Below, one piece after another: positions 62,981 through 64,000 of a stretch of 64,000 nucleotides of DNA (positions within the stretch are counted from its first letter, which is position 1; each line of letters starts with the position of its first letter). The stretch is from Tubiluchus corallicola. Taxonomy: Eukaryota; Animalia; Priapulida. Both the position numbers and the translations under genes were made by a program. The notes beneath the pieces were generated by a model that saw only the letters and a program-made list of their open reading frames with translations, had not been told where the DNA came from and ran no database searches. The stretch covers positions 434,001 through 498,000 of the forward strand of contig JAQGDQ010000123.1 in assembly GCA_030141605.1 (NCBI GenBank), given 5' to 3'.

Positions 62981-64000
62981 GCAGATTAAATTTCTGAGAT
63001 ACAGAGTCCAGCTTTTTCCACGTTGTTATGATATATATAAATCGTATCTATTTAATCCTGGTCGCAAGTGCCAGTTATGATCTATAAATCTTATGATCCT
63101 TTTTATACTGATCTAATACACCAGTTATCTCTTATTAATTATTATATCTTGTGATCGTATAGCATTCACTTGATTTATATATCCATTTAAAATTGATTTG
63201 AAATTGATTCGCTTCCTATCTTAATTAATCGCCACAAGGTGATTTAACACCTGGCTCCTAGGGCTTAAGATTAGTCTATCGGGCGATAATCTAGTCCCTC
63301 TAGACTGACTCTACGACTTCGCACTGTGAGAAAAGTCTTTATCCCAAAAGCTTTCTAGCTTAGCTCCCGCAATTGAGCTTTATTAAATTAATTAATGATT
63401 AATACAATGCGAATCTACAGGTTCGTTATCGAATCTAGTGTTGCTTAACTTTAAACACCTATAAGCATACATGAACTCGTAATTTAAGTCAAAGTGAATA
63501 CTTTTATTGGTTTACAACAATTACTCTTAGCTAGATATTTGTACACGATTTGGTCTTAGACGCTGGTCGGCATTCACAAATAATGTTTTAGCTCCAAGAG
63601 ATACACGAATAATTCACTTATCAATTTTCCGTGCGTTGCACTTAAGGTGCTAAATACAATGTGAAGTATACACTTTACAATCAAACCGTATGCTACACTT
63701 AAGGTGTCTACTACAATGTGAACTACTACTATGCAGAGTTACTCTCAAGTTACAAATGCGTTAAGATTACTTAACTCGGTGGAATGGCCAATGCAACTCC
63801 CGTACACAAATCCAATGCTTCTGTAAGACTATTCGTAGATCCAGTGCTCAGATTAGCTGAGGACGTAGAACGATGGTCCACGCTGGTTCGAAACGAAGTC
63901 TATACACTTGTCAGATTTCCTGTCGCCTCTCTCTGGCTCCTCTCTCCCTGATGTTGCTCTCTGCTCGCACCCAACTAACTAACCACCACGTGTCTTCAAA

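Noticed and set aside
63250-64000. Possible LTR or other repeat at the window end
   Set aside because: Only a short direct repeat (CACTTAAGGTG...TACAATGTGAA) and a composition shift; no PBS, PPT, partner LTR or coding motif is visible.

Overview
AT-rich, intron-rich eukaryotic DNA, most likely from an invertebrate animal; no prokaryotic features. Manual GT-AG splice reconstruction gives six protein-coding genes. (1) The 3' part of DNTTIP1 (+, 1449-16117). (2, 3) Two antisense leucine-rich-repeat (LRR) genes with signal peptides, each nested in one of the two ~6 kb DNTTIP1 introns. (4) A complete 14-exon MKS1 (-, 18761-32091). (5) A LITAF-domain gene head-to-head with MKS1 (+, 32919-35373). 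(6) A RERG-like Ras GTPase (-, 39811-53267). The rest is decayed CR1/L2 and L1/Tx1 LINEs, pogo/Tigger and hAT-type MITEs, SINE fragments, microsatellites and a 58-bp tandem array. The most interesting signal is the nested LRR pair. Both have a signal peptide, Cys-rich N-cap, LRRs, LRRCT and hydrophobic tail, an architecture resembling VLR/GPI-anchored LRR proteins. One carries two tandem, intact, paralogous LRRCT terminal exons 30 nt apart, predicted to give a secreted or a stalked membrane-anchored isoform by alternative acceptor choice. Gene names come from recalled motif similarity, not database searches, and there is no transcript evidence.
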